A DNA stretch of 64,000 nt from the NCBI GenBank assembly GCA_965213705.1, contig OZ243913.1, positions 3,264,001 through 3,328,000 on the forward strand, in the 5' to 3' direction. The stretch comes from Trueperaceae bacterium. Its GTDB lineage: Bacteria; Deinococcota; Deinococci; Deinococcales; Trueperaceae. Each line of letters starts with the position of its first letter. Within the stretch, counting starts at the first letter, position 1. Shown piece by piece: positions 30,283 to 39,540 of the stretch. Below the pieces are notes generated by a model that saw nothing but the letters and a program-made list of their open reading frames with translations, was not told the DNA's origin and made no database searches. A program made the translations under genes and the position numbers.

Positions 30283-31401
30283 TTGCCTGAAACGTCCGGG
30301 GCGGTACGTCACAAAGTCGAGGCTATTCGCCGGGAACTGCTCGAGCTGGAGCAGGGCGGCGAGCTGTCGAACTTGCTGCGCCGCGTCCTCGACGCGACCG
30401 ACAACACCATGACGATTACCGACCCGCGGCTGCCCGACAACCCGCTCGTTTACGTCAACAAACAGTTCGAAATCTTGACCGGGTACAGCCAAGACGAGGT
30501 CGCAGGCCAAAACTGCCGCTTGCTGCAGCAGGGCGACGACAACCAACCCGGTTTGGTTGAACTCCGCGCGGCGATTCGCGAGGGTCGTAACACGCGGGTC
30601 GAACTGCGCAACTACCGCAAAGACGGCTCGCTGTTTTGGAACGAACTCTACCTTACCGCCATCCGCGACGACGCGGGCAAAATCATCTACTTTTTCGGCG
30701 TTCAAAACGACGTGACGCGTTTTCGAGAACTCACCGAGTTGGAGCGCCGCCGCACCGCCGAACTCACCCTGGCCGAAAACCGCGAGCGGCACCGGCTGGC
30801 CCAGCGCTTGCACGACGGGCTGCAGCAAGACCTGTTCGCGCTGCAGTTTTCGCTGCGGCGTTTGCAAAAGCAGGTGCAGGCCGGCAACGCCGACCCAGGC
30901 GCCTTCGACGCCATCAACACCCAACTCAAAGACGCCGTGCGGGTCGCCCGCAACGTCACCAGCGACCTCGACATGCCGATGTTGGAGGCCGACGAACTCG
31001 TCAAGACGTTGCGCTGGCTCGCCAACCGCGCCGAAGAGCGCTACGGCCTCAAAGTCGAATTGAACACCCCGGAACGGGTCGACGTTCCCCACGAGGCGCT
31101 GCGCGTCTTGCTGGCCTCGCTCGTGCGCGAACTGATTTTCAACGTCGTCAAACACGCCGCCACCGACCGCGCCTGGTTGACGGTCCAGCAAGAGCAGGGC
31201 GGCCTCAAGCTCGAGATGTGCGACGCGGGCCGCGGGTTCGACGCCGACGGTTTGGAGCAGTCCGAGTCGACCGGCTTCGGCCTGACCGGCGTGCGCGAAC
31301 GCCTGCACCTGTTCGGCGGCGACCTGGACGTGACGGGCCGCGTCGGTAAGGGCACGCGCGTCACCATCAGTGTTCCGAACTTGGCGTTGGTACCGGACTA
31401 A
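30283..31401 (+). CDS. LOV-domain sensor histidine kinase (HisKA_3 type)
   Basis: DNPLVYVN, GQNCRLLQ, NYRKDG-FWN and GVQNDVT (LOV); LHDGLQQ H-box; FNVVKHA, DAGRGF and GFGL ATPase boxes. Confidence 0.92.
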   Translation: MPETSGAVRHKVEAIRRELLELEQGGELSNLLRRVLDATDNTMTITDPRLPDNPLVYVNKQFEILTGYSQDEVAGQNCRLLQQGDDNQPGLVELRAAIREGRNTRVELRNYRKDGSLFWNELYLTAIRDDAGKIIYFFGVQNDVTRFRELTELERRRTAELTLAENRERHRLAQRLHDGLQQDLFALQFSLRRLQKQVQAGNADPGAFDAINTQLKDAVRVARNVTSDLDMPMLEADELVKTLRWLANRAEERYGLKVELNTPERVDVPHEALRVLLASLVRELIFNVVKHAATDRAWLTVQQEQGGLKLEMCDAGRGFDADGLEQSESTGFGLTGVRERLHLFGGDLDVTGRVGKGTRVTISVPNLALVPD

Positions 31402-31407
31402 AAAGTC

Positions 31408-31462
31408 AGTACCGAGTACCTAGTACCCAGTACCGAGTTGAAAGTGATTTTCACTCGGTACT
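31408..31462. repeat. Period-7 AGTACCG-family tandem/inverted repeat
   Basis: agtaccg agtacct agtaccc agtaccg agttgaa...ttcactcggtact. Confidence 0.75.
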
Positions 31463-31514
31463 TCTTGCCCGTGCGACACGGTCTGCGCCCAGCGAGCGCG
31501 TTATCTTGAACGGG

Positions 31515-32597
31515 ATGGAGTTTATCGAACCCGCCGCGCTTTTCCCTGCCGGTGCGCGCGCGCCCAGCCGTCGCCTTTTGGACGTGCGCGCGCCGGTCGA
31601 GGTGGCGGCGGGGGCGCTGCCGTTCGCGCTCAACCTGCCCATCCTGACGACCGAGGAGCGGCACCGGGTGGGCCTGCGTTACAAGGAAGCGGGCCAGGCG
31701 GCGGCGATAGCGTTGGGCGAGGCGCTGACCCGCAGCGACTTGCCGCGCCGCATCGAAGGCTGGACCGAGGTTTGCGTGGCCGCCCCCACCGCCGTCTTGT
31801 GCTGGCGCGGCGGTTTGCGGAGCCGGCTCGCCCAAGAATTTATCCAGACGTCGAGTCAGGACGTGCCGCGCGTGCGGGGCGGTTACAAGGCGTTGCGTCA
31901 TCACCTGGTGAACAACCTGGACGCCTCGCTGGCGCGCAAACGCACGCTCACCATCACCGGGCTCACCGGCTCGGGCAAAACCGAGCTGTTGGAACGCTTG
32001 CGCACCCACCCTCACCTGCAAGTTTTGGACTTGGAAGCCGAAGCCAAACACCGCGGCAGCGCTTTCGGGTTGGGCAGCGAGCCGCAGCCGAGCCAGGCGA
32101 CCTTTGAAAACAGCCTTGCCGTCCAACTCTTGCTGAGTCCGAGCGACGTGCTCGTCGTCGAGGACGAGTCGCGGAGCGTCGGGCGGCGCTCCGTGCCCAC
32201 ACCTCTTTTTGAAACGATGCTGGCGAGCCCGGTATTGGTTTTGGAAACGACGCTGGACGACCGCGTGCAGCGTATTTTTCGGGACTACATCCAGCGCGCA
32301 ACCATAGAGACGGGGTCGGCGGCGACGCTGGCGCGGCTCGAGCACAGTCTCGGCAAATTGCGGCCGCGGCTCGGCAACACGGTCGTCGACCGGTGCGTCC
32401 TCAGCTTGCGAGAAGCTTATGCCGGCGGGGCCTGGCTGCTGCCGGAAGCGCACAGTGACACCATCCGCACGCTGCTCGAAGACTACTACGACCCGCTCTA
32501 CCGCAAGGGCGTTCAAAAACTCGCCCGCCCCGTGCTCGCGCGGGGCACCCAAGAGGAGTTGGTGGTATGGCTCGAGACACCCTCAGCCCGTCCGTAA
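31515..32597 (+). CDS. mnmH: tRNA 2-selenouridine(34) synthase
   Basis: Rhodanese DVRAP-E and CWRGGLRS, P-loop GLTGSGKT, HRGSAFG, EDES, YYDP-Y; overlaps selD. Confidence 0.92.
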   Translation: MEFIEPAALFPAGARAPSRRLLDVRAPVEVAAGALPFALNLPILTTEERHRVGLRYKEAGQAAAIALGEALTRSDLPRRIEGWTEVCVAAPTAVLCWRGGLRSRLAQEFIQTSSQDVPRVRGGYKALRHHLVNNLDASLARKRTLTITGLTGSGKTELLERLRTHPHLQVLDLEAEAKHRGSAFGLGSEPQPSQATFENSLAVQLLLSPSDVLVVEDESRSVGRRSVPTPLFETMLASPVLVLETTLDDRVQRIFRDYIQRATIETGSAATLARLEHSLGKLRPRLGNTVVDRCVLSLREAYAGGAWLLPEAHSDTIRTLLEDYYDPLYRKGVQKLARPVLARGTQEELVVWLETPSARP

Positions 32598-33643
32598 CGA
32601 CCCAGGCTGCGAAACCCATCAGGCTCACCCAGACCGTCGGCAAGGGCGGGTGCGCTGCGAAAATCGCGGCCGGAACGCTGTCCCAACTGCTCGCCTCGTT
32701 GCCGCGTCAACAGCATCCCGACCTCCTCGTCGGCACCGACTTCTTAGACGACGCGGCGGTGTGGCGAGTCAGCGACGAGGTCGCCATGATTCAAACGCTG
32801 GACTTTTTCACGCCGATTCTGGACGACCCTTTTGATTTCGGCGCGGTCGCCGCCGCCAACGCGCTCAGCGACGTGTTCGCGATGGGCGGGCAGCCGCAGA
32901 CGGCCCTTACCATCCTCGCCTATCCGCTCGACACGCTGCCGCTGGACGTGCTGAGCGCCCTCATGGCGGGCGCGATGGACAAAATCAACGAGGCGGGCGC
33001 GCTCCTCGTCGGCGGGCACTCCATCGACGACGACACCCTCAAACTCGGTTTCAGCGTGACGGGTTTCGCCCGCCCCGACGCGCTGTGGTCGAACCGCGGG
33101 GCCAGGGTGGGCGACGCGCTCGTCCTGACCAAGGCCGTCGGCACCGGCACGCTCGCGGGCGCGCTGAAAAACGACGAGCTGGGCTACAACGACTTGGCCG
33201 AGGCCGTGGCCTCGATGAAAACGCTCAACCGTTTGGACTTGGGCGCGTTGCGGGGCGAGGTCCACGCCGCGACCGACGTGACCGGTTTCGGACTGCTGGG
33301 CCACGCGCTGCACCTAGCGGAGGGCGCGGGGGTCACGCTGCGTATCGACGGGGCTGCGGTGCCGCTGCTGGCGCACGCAGAGGACACGCTAGACCGCGGC
33401 GTCCTCACCAAGGCGCACCGGACCAACACGCTGTACGTGCAAGACAAAGTCGCCGGCCGGGACGGCCTAACGCAAACGCAGTGGTGGTCGCTCGTCGACC
33501 CGCAGACGAGCGGCGGCCTGTTGTTGAGCGTCGCGCCGGAAAAGGCGGACGTTTTGCTCGAGCACGTGCGACAAACCTTTCCCCGAGCCGCCCTCGTCGG
33601 TGAGGTTGCGGAGCGCGGCGAGACCGCCCTGCACGTGTCGTGA
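32567..33643 (+). CDS. selD: Selenide, water dikinase (Cys form)
   Basis: GGCAAKI, DDAAV, DFFTP, GGHSIDD, TDVTGFGLLGH, DPQTSGGLL. Confidence 0.95.
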   Translation: MARDTLSPSVTTQAAKPIRLTQTVGKGGCAAKIAAGTLSQLLASLPRQQHPDLLVGTDFLDDAAVWRVSDEVAMIQTLDFFTPILDDPFDFGAVAAANALSDVFAMGGQPQTALTILAYPLDTLPLDVLSALMAGAMDKINEAGALLVGGHSIDDDTLKLGFSVTGFARPDALWSNRGARVGDALVLTKAVGTGTLAGALKNDELGYNDLAEAVASMKTLNRLDLGALRGEVHAATDVTGFGLLGHALHLAEGAGVTLRIDGAAVPLLAHAEDTLDRGVLTKAHRTNTLYVQDKVAGRDGLTQTQWWSLVDPQTSGGLLLSVAPEKADVLLEHVRQTFPRAALVGEVAERGETALHVS

Positions 33644-34061
33644 GCCTAGGTTTTCGCGCTGTTTTGAGTTGAAACTCGAGTTTTGCGGGCAATAAAAAGG
33701 GTGACGCTTGATCATTCTTGCCACTTTGCACTCGGCACTCAATTCCTCTCCACCTTTTCCGCAAGTTTTTTTGAGCGCTTTTCGCCCGCCGCCCCAGTAC
33801 GGGCTGCGGCGTCGGCTTCGAGCCGGCGCACGAACTCGTAAAAAGCCGAACCCCCTCAACACTTGTACCGCCGAACGAGTACAAGCGCGCCTTTTGCCCG
33901 TGCCACGTGACGCGTTAGGCTCACGGGTCCTCGCACTTCGCGGTTTGACTTTTCGCGCCCGCCCACGGTGCGGCGCGGTGGGGACAGGTAAAGTCGAACC
34001 CGAGGTTGTTGACTTCTCAGCACCTCGTCCACTCAACCTGAGCCGGGGGAGGCCAAAGGGC

Positions 34062-35186
34062 GTGACCGACAACCCTTTATTGGAAAGTTTTTTTATCGCC
34101 GGGCTCGAGTGCTCCACCCACCGCCGCCGGGACGGCGTGCGGCTCGACCTGCTCGACGCGAGCGGTCACGCGCGTTTGGCCTACCAGGACTTTTGCCGCT
34201 TGAAACGTTTGGGCATGGGTGCGGCCCGCAGCGGTCTGCGCTGGCACCGGACCGAACGCTTGGACGGCACCCTGGACTTCAGCGCGGACTTGCCCCTTTT
34301 GGAAGCGGCCAGGGACGCGCGTGTGCAGGTGGTGTGGGACCTGTGCCACTACGGCTACCCGGACTTTTTGGACCCGCTGAGCCCGAAGTTTGTCGAACAC
34401 TTCGCGCGCTACGCTCGAGCGGCCGCCGAGGTCATTCAGGACCACAGCCCGGGCGGCGAGGTTTGGGTCTGCCCCGTCAACGAGATTTCGTTTTGGGCCT
34501 GGGCGGGGGGCGTAGGCTACTTCAACCCGTTTTGCGCAGGTCAAGCCGACGCGCTCAAACGCCAACTCGTGCGCGCCGCCATCGCCGCCATAGAAGCTGT
34601 TTGGGAGGTCGCGCCGGGCGCGCGCGTCGTCCACGCCGACCCGGTCATCCACATCGCACCTAAGTCGGCGAACTTGGGCGACGTGGCCGCCGCCGAAAAC
34701 CACCGCCAGGCGCAGTACCAGGCCTGGGACATGCTCTGCGGGCGAATGTACCCCGACTTAGGCGGGCGGCCCGACTACCTGGACGTGCTGGGTCTGAACT
34801 ACTACCCCAGCAACCAGTGGACCCTGGACGGGCCGCGCCTGACGCCGCGAGACCCCGGTTACCGGCCGCTGCGCGAGTTGCTGCGCGAGGTTTACTGGCG
34901 CTACGGACGGCCCCTCTTTATCGCCGAAACCGGCACCGAGGCCGAAGCGAGACCCGACTGGCTGCGTTTTGTTTGCGACGAGGTCGCCGCGGCGCACGCC
35001 CTGGGCGTGCCGGTCGGCGGCGTGTGCTGGTACCCCATCCTCAACCATCCGGGTTGGGACGACGGTCGTCACTGTCACAACGGCCTGTTCGACTACGTGG
35101 ACGCGTCCGGCGGGCGTGAGGTTCACGCGCCGCTCGCGAAAGAGTTGGCGCGGCAACAAGAGCGCTTCGTAGGTGTCGCCTCGTGA
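34062..35186 (+). CDS. GH1-like (clan A) beta-glucosidase/glycoside hydrolase
   Basis: ECSTH, WDLCHYG, PVNEIS (acid/base), IAETG (nucleophile); GTG 34062 follows GGAGG. Confidence 0.85.
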   Translation: MTDNPLLESFFIAGLECSTHRRRDGVRLDLLDASGHARLAYQDFCRLKRLGMGAARSGLRWHRTERLDGTLDFSADLPLLEAARDARVQVVWDLCHYGYPDFLDPLSPKFVEHFARYARAAAEVIQDHSPGGEVWVCPVNEISFWAWAGGVGYFNPFCAGQADALKRQLVRAAIAAIEAVWEVAPGARVVHADPVIHIAPKSANLGDVAAAENHRQAQYQAWDMLCGRMYPDLGGRPDYLDVLGLNYYPSNQWTLDGPRLTPRDPGYRPLRELLREVYWRYGRPLFIAETGTEAEARPDWLRFVCDEVAAAHALGVPVGGVCWYPILNHPGWDDGRHCHNGLFDYVDASGGREVHAPLAKELARQQERFVGVAS

Positions 35187-36274
35187 GCCCGCCCCGCATC
35201 TGCCTCGTCACCGACTCGCTGCAGCCCTCCGGTTTGGGCGTTCACATGCTCACGCTCGCCAAGGAACTGGTCGGGCGCTACAACGTCTTGTTCGTGATGC
35301 CGGCGGGCGGGACGTGGCTCGAGCAAGCTCGTATCCTGGGCTGCGAAACCCTGACCTGGGACTTAGAGCGCGCCAGCCTGAGCGAGGCGCTTGAAACTCG
35401 GGGCACCCAAATTGCCCACGTCCACGCGGGCATCGGTTGGGAAGGGCACGAGGCGGTCTACGGCGCGAAGAATGCGGGCGCGCGAACCGTGCGCACCGAA
35501 CATCTTCCTTACTTGATTACGGACGAAGGCCAGAAAGCTGCCTACCGAGGCCTGGAAAACGCCGTCGACCGCTTTATCTTCGTGTCCCAGAGTGCGACTG
35601 ACAGCTACCTTGCCGCGGGCGTGCCCTGGGAAAAGGCGTCCACCGTGCCGAACGGGGTGCGGGTGCCCGCGCCGGAGCGAACCTGCGAGGCCGTGCGCGC
35701 GTCTCTCGGCGTTACCGTGGACGCGCCCCTCGTGCTGAGCGTCGGCCGCTTTACCGAACAAAAGGGGCACCGCTACTTGCTCGAGGCCCTGCCCCGCGTG
35801 CTGGCGGACATCCCCATCGCGGTGCTCGCGCTCGTGGGCGAAGGCCCGCTGGAGAACGAACTGAGAGCCCGAGCCGACGCGCTCGGCGTCGGCCAGAACG
35901 TCTTGTTTTTGGGAGGCCGCGACGACGTGCCGGACCTGCTCGGCGCGAGCGACCTGTTCGCGCTCTCTTCGCTGTTCGAAGGTTTGCCGTTGGTGGTGCT
36001 CGAGGCGATGGCCTCAGGTCTTCCCGTCGTCGGGACGAACACGTGCGGCGTTCGCGACGCCGTCCTGGACGGCGTCACCGGCCGCCTCGTCGCGCCGGGA
36101 AACCCGGCGGCGCTCGCCGCGGGACTGCTCGAGGCGCTCTGCAAACCCGACGTGCGGCGGCGCTGGGGGGTGGCCGGTCAGGCGCGTTTTCAGGCCTGTC
36201 ACCGCGCCGGACACATGGCCGCGGCGACAAGCCGCGTCTACGAACACCTTTTGGCCGGGGAGGCTGGACCATGA
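35183..36274 (+). CDS. Glycosyltransferase family 4
   Basis: GRFTEQKG, EGLPLVVLEAMASG-PVV. Confidence 0.92.
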   Translation: MSPPRICLVTDSLQPSGLGVHMLTLAKELVGRYNVLFVMPAGGTWLEQARILGCETLTWDLERASLSEALETRGTQIAHVHAGIGWEGHEAVYGAKNAGARTVRTEHLPYLITDEGQKAAYRGLENAVDRFIFVSQSATDSYLAAGVPWEKASTVPNGVRVPAPERTCEAVRASLGVTVDAPLVLSVGRFTEQKGHRYLLEALPRVLADIPIAVLALVGEGPLENELRARADALGVGQNVLFLGGRDDVPDLLGASDLFALSSLFEGLPLVVLEAMASGLPVVGTNTCGVRDAVLDGVTGRLVAPGNPAALAAGLLEALCKPDVRRRWGVAGQARFQACHRAGHMAAATSRVYEHLLAGEAGP

Positions 36275-37281
36275 CCGAAGTGCGCGTTGGATTTATCGGT
36301 GCCGGGGGCATCGCGAGCCGTCACGTGGGGAACTTGTTGGCGTTCGAGGACGTGAAGGTAGTCGCTTTCGCCGACCCGGACGCGTCAAAGGCGCAAGCGC
36401 AGGCCGCACGCTGCGGCGCGAAGACGTACCTGGACTACGCCGAGATGTTGGACGAAGAAACGCTTGACGCCCTCTACATCTGCGTGCCGCCCTTCGCCCA
36501 CGGGCCGCTCGAGCTGGCCGCTACCGAACGGGGCATCCCCTTTTTCATCGAGAAACCCCTCGCCGTGGACTTCGAAACGGCGGCGGAAGTGGCTCGAGCG
36601 GTCGAACGCACCTTGCTCGTCACCGCGGTCGGTTACCACTGGCGCTACCTCGACACGGTCGAAGAGGCGCAGGCGCGGCTCAGTGAAACCCCCGCGCGGC
36701 TCGTCCTGGGCTACTGGCTCGACGCGACGCCGCCCCCCACCTGGTGGCACCGGGACGCACTGTCCGGCGGGCAGATGGTCGAGCAAACCACGCACATCTT
36801 CGACCTGGCGCGGCTCCTCGTCGGCGAGGTTGTCGAGGTTCACGCCCTTGGCGGGCGCAGCGAACGGCCCGAGTTTCCGAGTTTGGACGTGTTCGACGCG
36901 AGCGTGGCGAGCCTTGGGTTCGCCTCGGGCGCGGTGGGGACGGTGGCTTCGACGTGTTTGCTGGGTTGGCCCCACCGCGTCGGGCTGCACCTGTTCGGCG
37001 ACCGGATAGCTGTAGAGTTGAGCGAACACGACCTGATGGTGGACGTCGGGCGCGGCCGTCCTATAAGACCGTCTGAAGGCGACCCGTTCGTGCGCGAAGA
37101 CCGCGCGTTTGTCGACGCGGTCAAGGGCGAGGCGAACCGCATTCGCACCCCTTACGCGGAAGCCCTGAAAACCCACCGCCTCGTCACCGCGGCGGCGCAC
37201 TCGGCCAGGGAAGGCCGTACGCTGTATTTGGATGAGGCTTTGCAGGCAGGGCCGCCGCAAGTCGAGGCCGTTCATGGCTGA
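36271..37281 (+). CDS. Gfo/Idh/MocA family oxidoreductase
   Basis: IGAGGIA, EKPLA, GG-MVEQTTH. Confidence 0.9.
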   Translation: MTEVRVGFIGAGGIASRHVGNLLAFEDVKVVAFADPDASKAQAQAARCGAKTYLDYAEMLDEETLDALYICVPPFAHGPLELAATERGIPFFIEKPLAVDFETAAEVARAVERTLLVTAVGYHWRYLDTVEEAQARLSETPARLVLGYWLDATPPPTWWHRDALSGGQMVEQTTHIFDLARLLVGEVVEVHALGGRSERPEFPSLDVFDASVASLGFASGAVGTVASTCLLGWPHRVGLHLFGDRIAVELSEHDLMVDVGRGRPIRPSEGDPFVREDRAFVDAVKGEANRIRTPYAEALKTHRLVTAAAHSAREGRTLYLDEALQAGPPQVEAVHG

Positions 37282-38416
37282 GCCGTCAGTTGTTGAACAA
37301 GCCGTTACCGAGAAGCCGATGACTGACCGGACCATCCGCTCGCTCGGCGTCCAGGCGCCCGGAGAGGCTTACTTTTTTGAATATACCGAGGGGCCGCCCC
37401 CGCCGGGACAGGCTCGAGTCGACACGCTCTACACCGGCTTGTCGACCGGCACCGAACTCACCTTTTTCCGGGGCACGAACCCCTACCTGAGCGCCCGTTG
37501 GGACGAGGACTACGGCTTGTTCCGCGAGGGCGAGCCGAGCGAGCGGTTGCCGAAACCTTTCTTGGGCTACATGGAGGTCGGGCGGGTGGGTGAGAGCCGC
37601 ACCGACGCGCTGCAAAGGGGTGAAACGATAGCCTCTACCTACGGCCACAAGACCGGCCACACGCTGAACCCCGAGGAGGATACCTACACGAAGCTGTCCG
37701 GCCTCGAGCCCGTCCTCGGCGTCTACGTCGGGCAGATGGGGCCGATCTGCGCGAACGCCCTCCTCCACGCCGCACACGAGCTGTTCGGCGCGAACGTGAC
37801 GGGTTTGGGCGACGGGGTGGCGGGGGCGCGGGTGCTGGTCACGGGCGGCGGCGTGGTGGGCCTGCTGACGGGTCTGTTCGCCCGGCACTACGGGGCCGAG
37901 GTGGTGCTGGCGAGCGGCAGCGCGCCGCGGCTCAAGGCGGCCGCGGCGCTCGGTCTTACGCCGGTCAACACGAACAGCCACGACGCGGCGCTGTTCGTCA
38001 AGTCTCACTGGCACTCTGCAACGGGCCGCGGGGCGAACCTAGCGTTTCAAACGAGCCCCGACCCGGCGAGTCTGGACACGGCGCTCCGCGCGCTCAAACC
38101 GCGGGGCACCGTCATCGACCTCGCCTTTTATCAGGGCGGCGCGGACGCGCTGCACTTAGGAAAAGCGTTTCACCACAACAGTTTGAGCATCCGCTGCGCC
38201 CAAATCGGGCGGGTGCCGTGGGGGCTCGAGCGCTGGGACCGCCGCCGTTTGTCGCTGGCGACCCTGGAGATGTTGCACGCCCACGGCGACCTCGTGCGTG
38301 AGCACGTCGTCACCGACGTCGTGCCGTTCGGCGACGCGCCCGCTTTTCTCGCTTACTTGTCCGAACGCTACCGGCCCGAGGTCATCCAGGCCGTGTTCGA
38401 GGTCGAACGTGCCTAA
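37274..38416 (+). CDS. MDR (zinc-binding alcohol dehydrogenase-like) oxidoreductase
   Basis: TGLSTGTE, LGYMEVG, Rossmann GGGVVG, FHHN. Confidence 0.8.
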   Translation: MAEPSVVEQAVTEKPMTDRTIRSLGVQAPGEAYFFEYTEGPPPPGQARVDTLYTGLSTGTELTFFRGTNPYLSARWDEDYGLFREGEPSERLPKPFLGYMEVGRVGESRTDALQRGETIASTYGHKTGHTLNPEEDTYTKLSGLEPVLGVYVGQMGPICANALLHAAHELFGANVTGLGDGVAGARVLVTGGGVVGLLTGLFARHYGAEVVLASGSAPRLKAAAALGLTPVNTNSHDAALFVKSHWHSATGRGANLAFQTSPDPASLDTALRALKPRGTVIDLAFYQGGADALHLGKAFHHNSLSIRCAQIGRVPWGLERWDRRRLSLATLEMLHAHGDLVREHVVTDVVPFGDAPAFLAYLSERYRPEVIQAVFEVERA

Positions 38417-39530
38417 ACGCGTCTTGTTCGTGTTCAACTGGCTCGTCGTCGGCGGCGAGGAGACCGAGGTGCGGCTGCTCGCTAAGCACTTAGACCCGAA
38501 GCGTTACCGACTGGAGGTCGTTGCCTGTTTCCGCAAAGAGGGAATGCCCGAGCAAACGCACGCGCAACTTGAAGCCCTCGGCGTCCCGGTAGACCGCACG
38601 CCCTACGCCCTGTCGTTTGAGGACACGGTGAGCTACCTGGCGGGCAAGCTTCCCAACTACGACCTCGTCGTCGCCACCCAGGCCGTGCCGGACGTGGTGC
38701 CGGCGCTCGAGCGCTGCAAGCCCAACACACGGCCGCCCCTCATAGAGCACGGCGGGTTGGTCGAAGAGGCGCAGCGTGGGCCGAAACACCTTACCGCGCG
38801 TTACGTGGGCGTGTGCGGCAGCATCCGCGACGCGGCGGCGGCGCAAATGCCGGGGCGCGAACACCACGCCCTACTGATTCCCTCGATGGTTGACCTGAGC
38901 GAGTTCGACCCGCGCTGCCGCGCGTCCGTGCGGCGCGCCTGGGGCGTTGCCGAGGACGCACCCGTGTTCGGCTTCGTCGGGCGGCTCGACCGCAAAAAGC
39001 GGGTCGAGGTGTTCGTTGAGGCAGCGGCGCTCGTGCGTAGGACGCACCCCGCGGCGCGCTTCGTCGTCGTCGGCGGGCCGGACGCGTTTATGCCCGGGTA
39101 CGCAGACGAGTTGCGCGACCTGATGTGGGCGCGCGGTTTGGACGAAGCGTTGACCTTTTTGGGTGACCGCGACGACGTGCCGCGGCTGTTGACGGGTTTG
39201 GACGCGCTCGTGTGGCTGTCCCGGGGCGAGGGGATGCCCCACGTCGTCGCCGAGGCGGGCGCAGCTCGTCTGGCCGTCGTCGCCACGCCGGACAACGGGG
39301 TCTTGGAGCAAGTCACCGACGGGGAAACGGGTTTGTTCGTGCCTTACGACGACCCGGAGGCTACCGCCGCCGCCATGCGGCGACTTGCCGACGAGCCCGA
39401 GGTGCGCCGCCGGATGGGCGGCGCTCTGCGCCACAAAGTCGCGGGCTGTTACAGCACGGCGGTGGTAACCCGGCAGTGGCAAACCCTGTTCGACACGGTG
39501 CTGGCCGAAGCCGCTCCAAACAATCCTTAA
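38409..39530 (+). CDS. Glycosyltransferase family 4
   Basis: GGEETE, GRLDRKK, EGMPHVVAEAG. Confidence 0.9.
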   Translation: MPKRVLFVFNWLVVGGEETEVRLLAKHLDPKRYRLEVVACFRKEGMPEQTHAQLEALGVPVDRTPYALSFEDTVSYLAGKLPNYDLVVATQAVPDVVPALERCKPNTRPPLIEHGGLVEEAQRGPKHLTARYVGVCGSIRDAAAAQMPGREHHALLIPSMVDLSEFDPRCRASVRRAWGVAEDAPVFGFVGRLDRKKRVEVFVEAAALVRRTHPAARFVVVGGPDAFMPGYADELRDLMWARGLDEALTFLGDRDDVPRLLTGLDALVWLSRGEGMPHVVAEAGAARLAVVATPDNGVLEQVTDGETGLFVPYDDPEATAAAMRRLADEPEVRRRMGGALRHKVAGCYSTAVVTRQWQTLFDTVLAEAAPNNP

Positions 39531-39540
39531 AGGGGGAAAC

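Noticed and set aside
31408..31462. Repeat arrays considered as CRISPR
   Set aside because: Units are 7 nt with no unique spacers, and no cas genes are present
32567..32700. Selenocysteine recoding in selD
   Set aside because: The active-site codon is TGC (Cys); no in-frame TGA
33708..34061. 118-aa N-terminal extension of the GH1-like ORF
   Set aside because: Not protein-like; a GGAGG-preceded GTG at 34062 sits just before the conserved region
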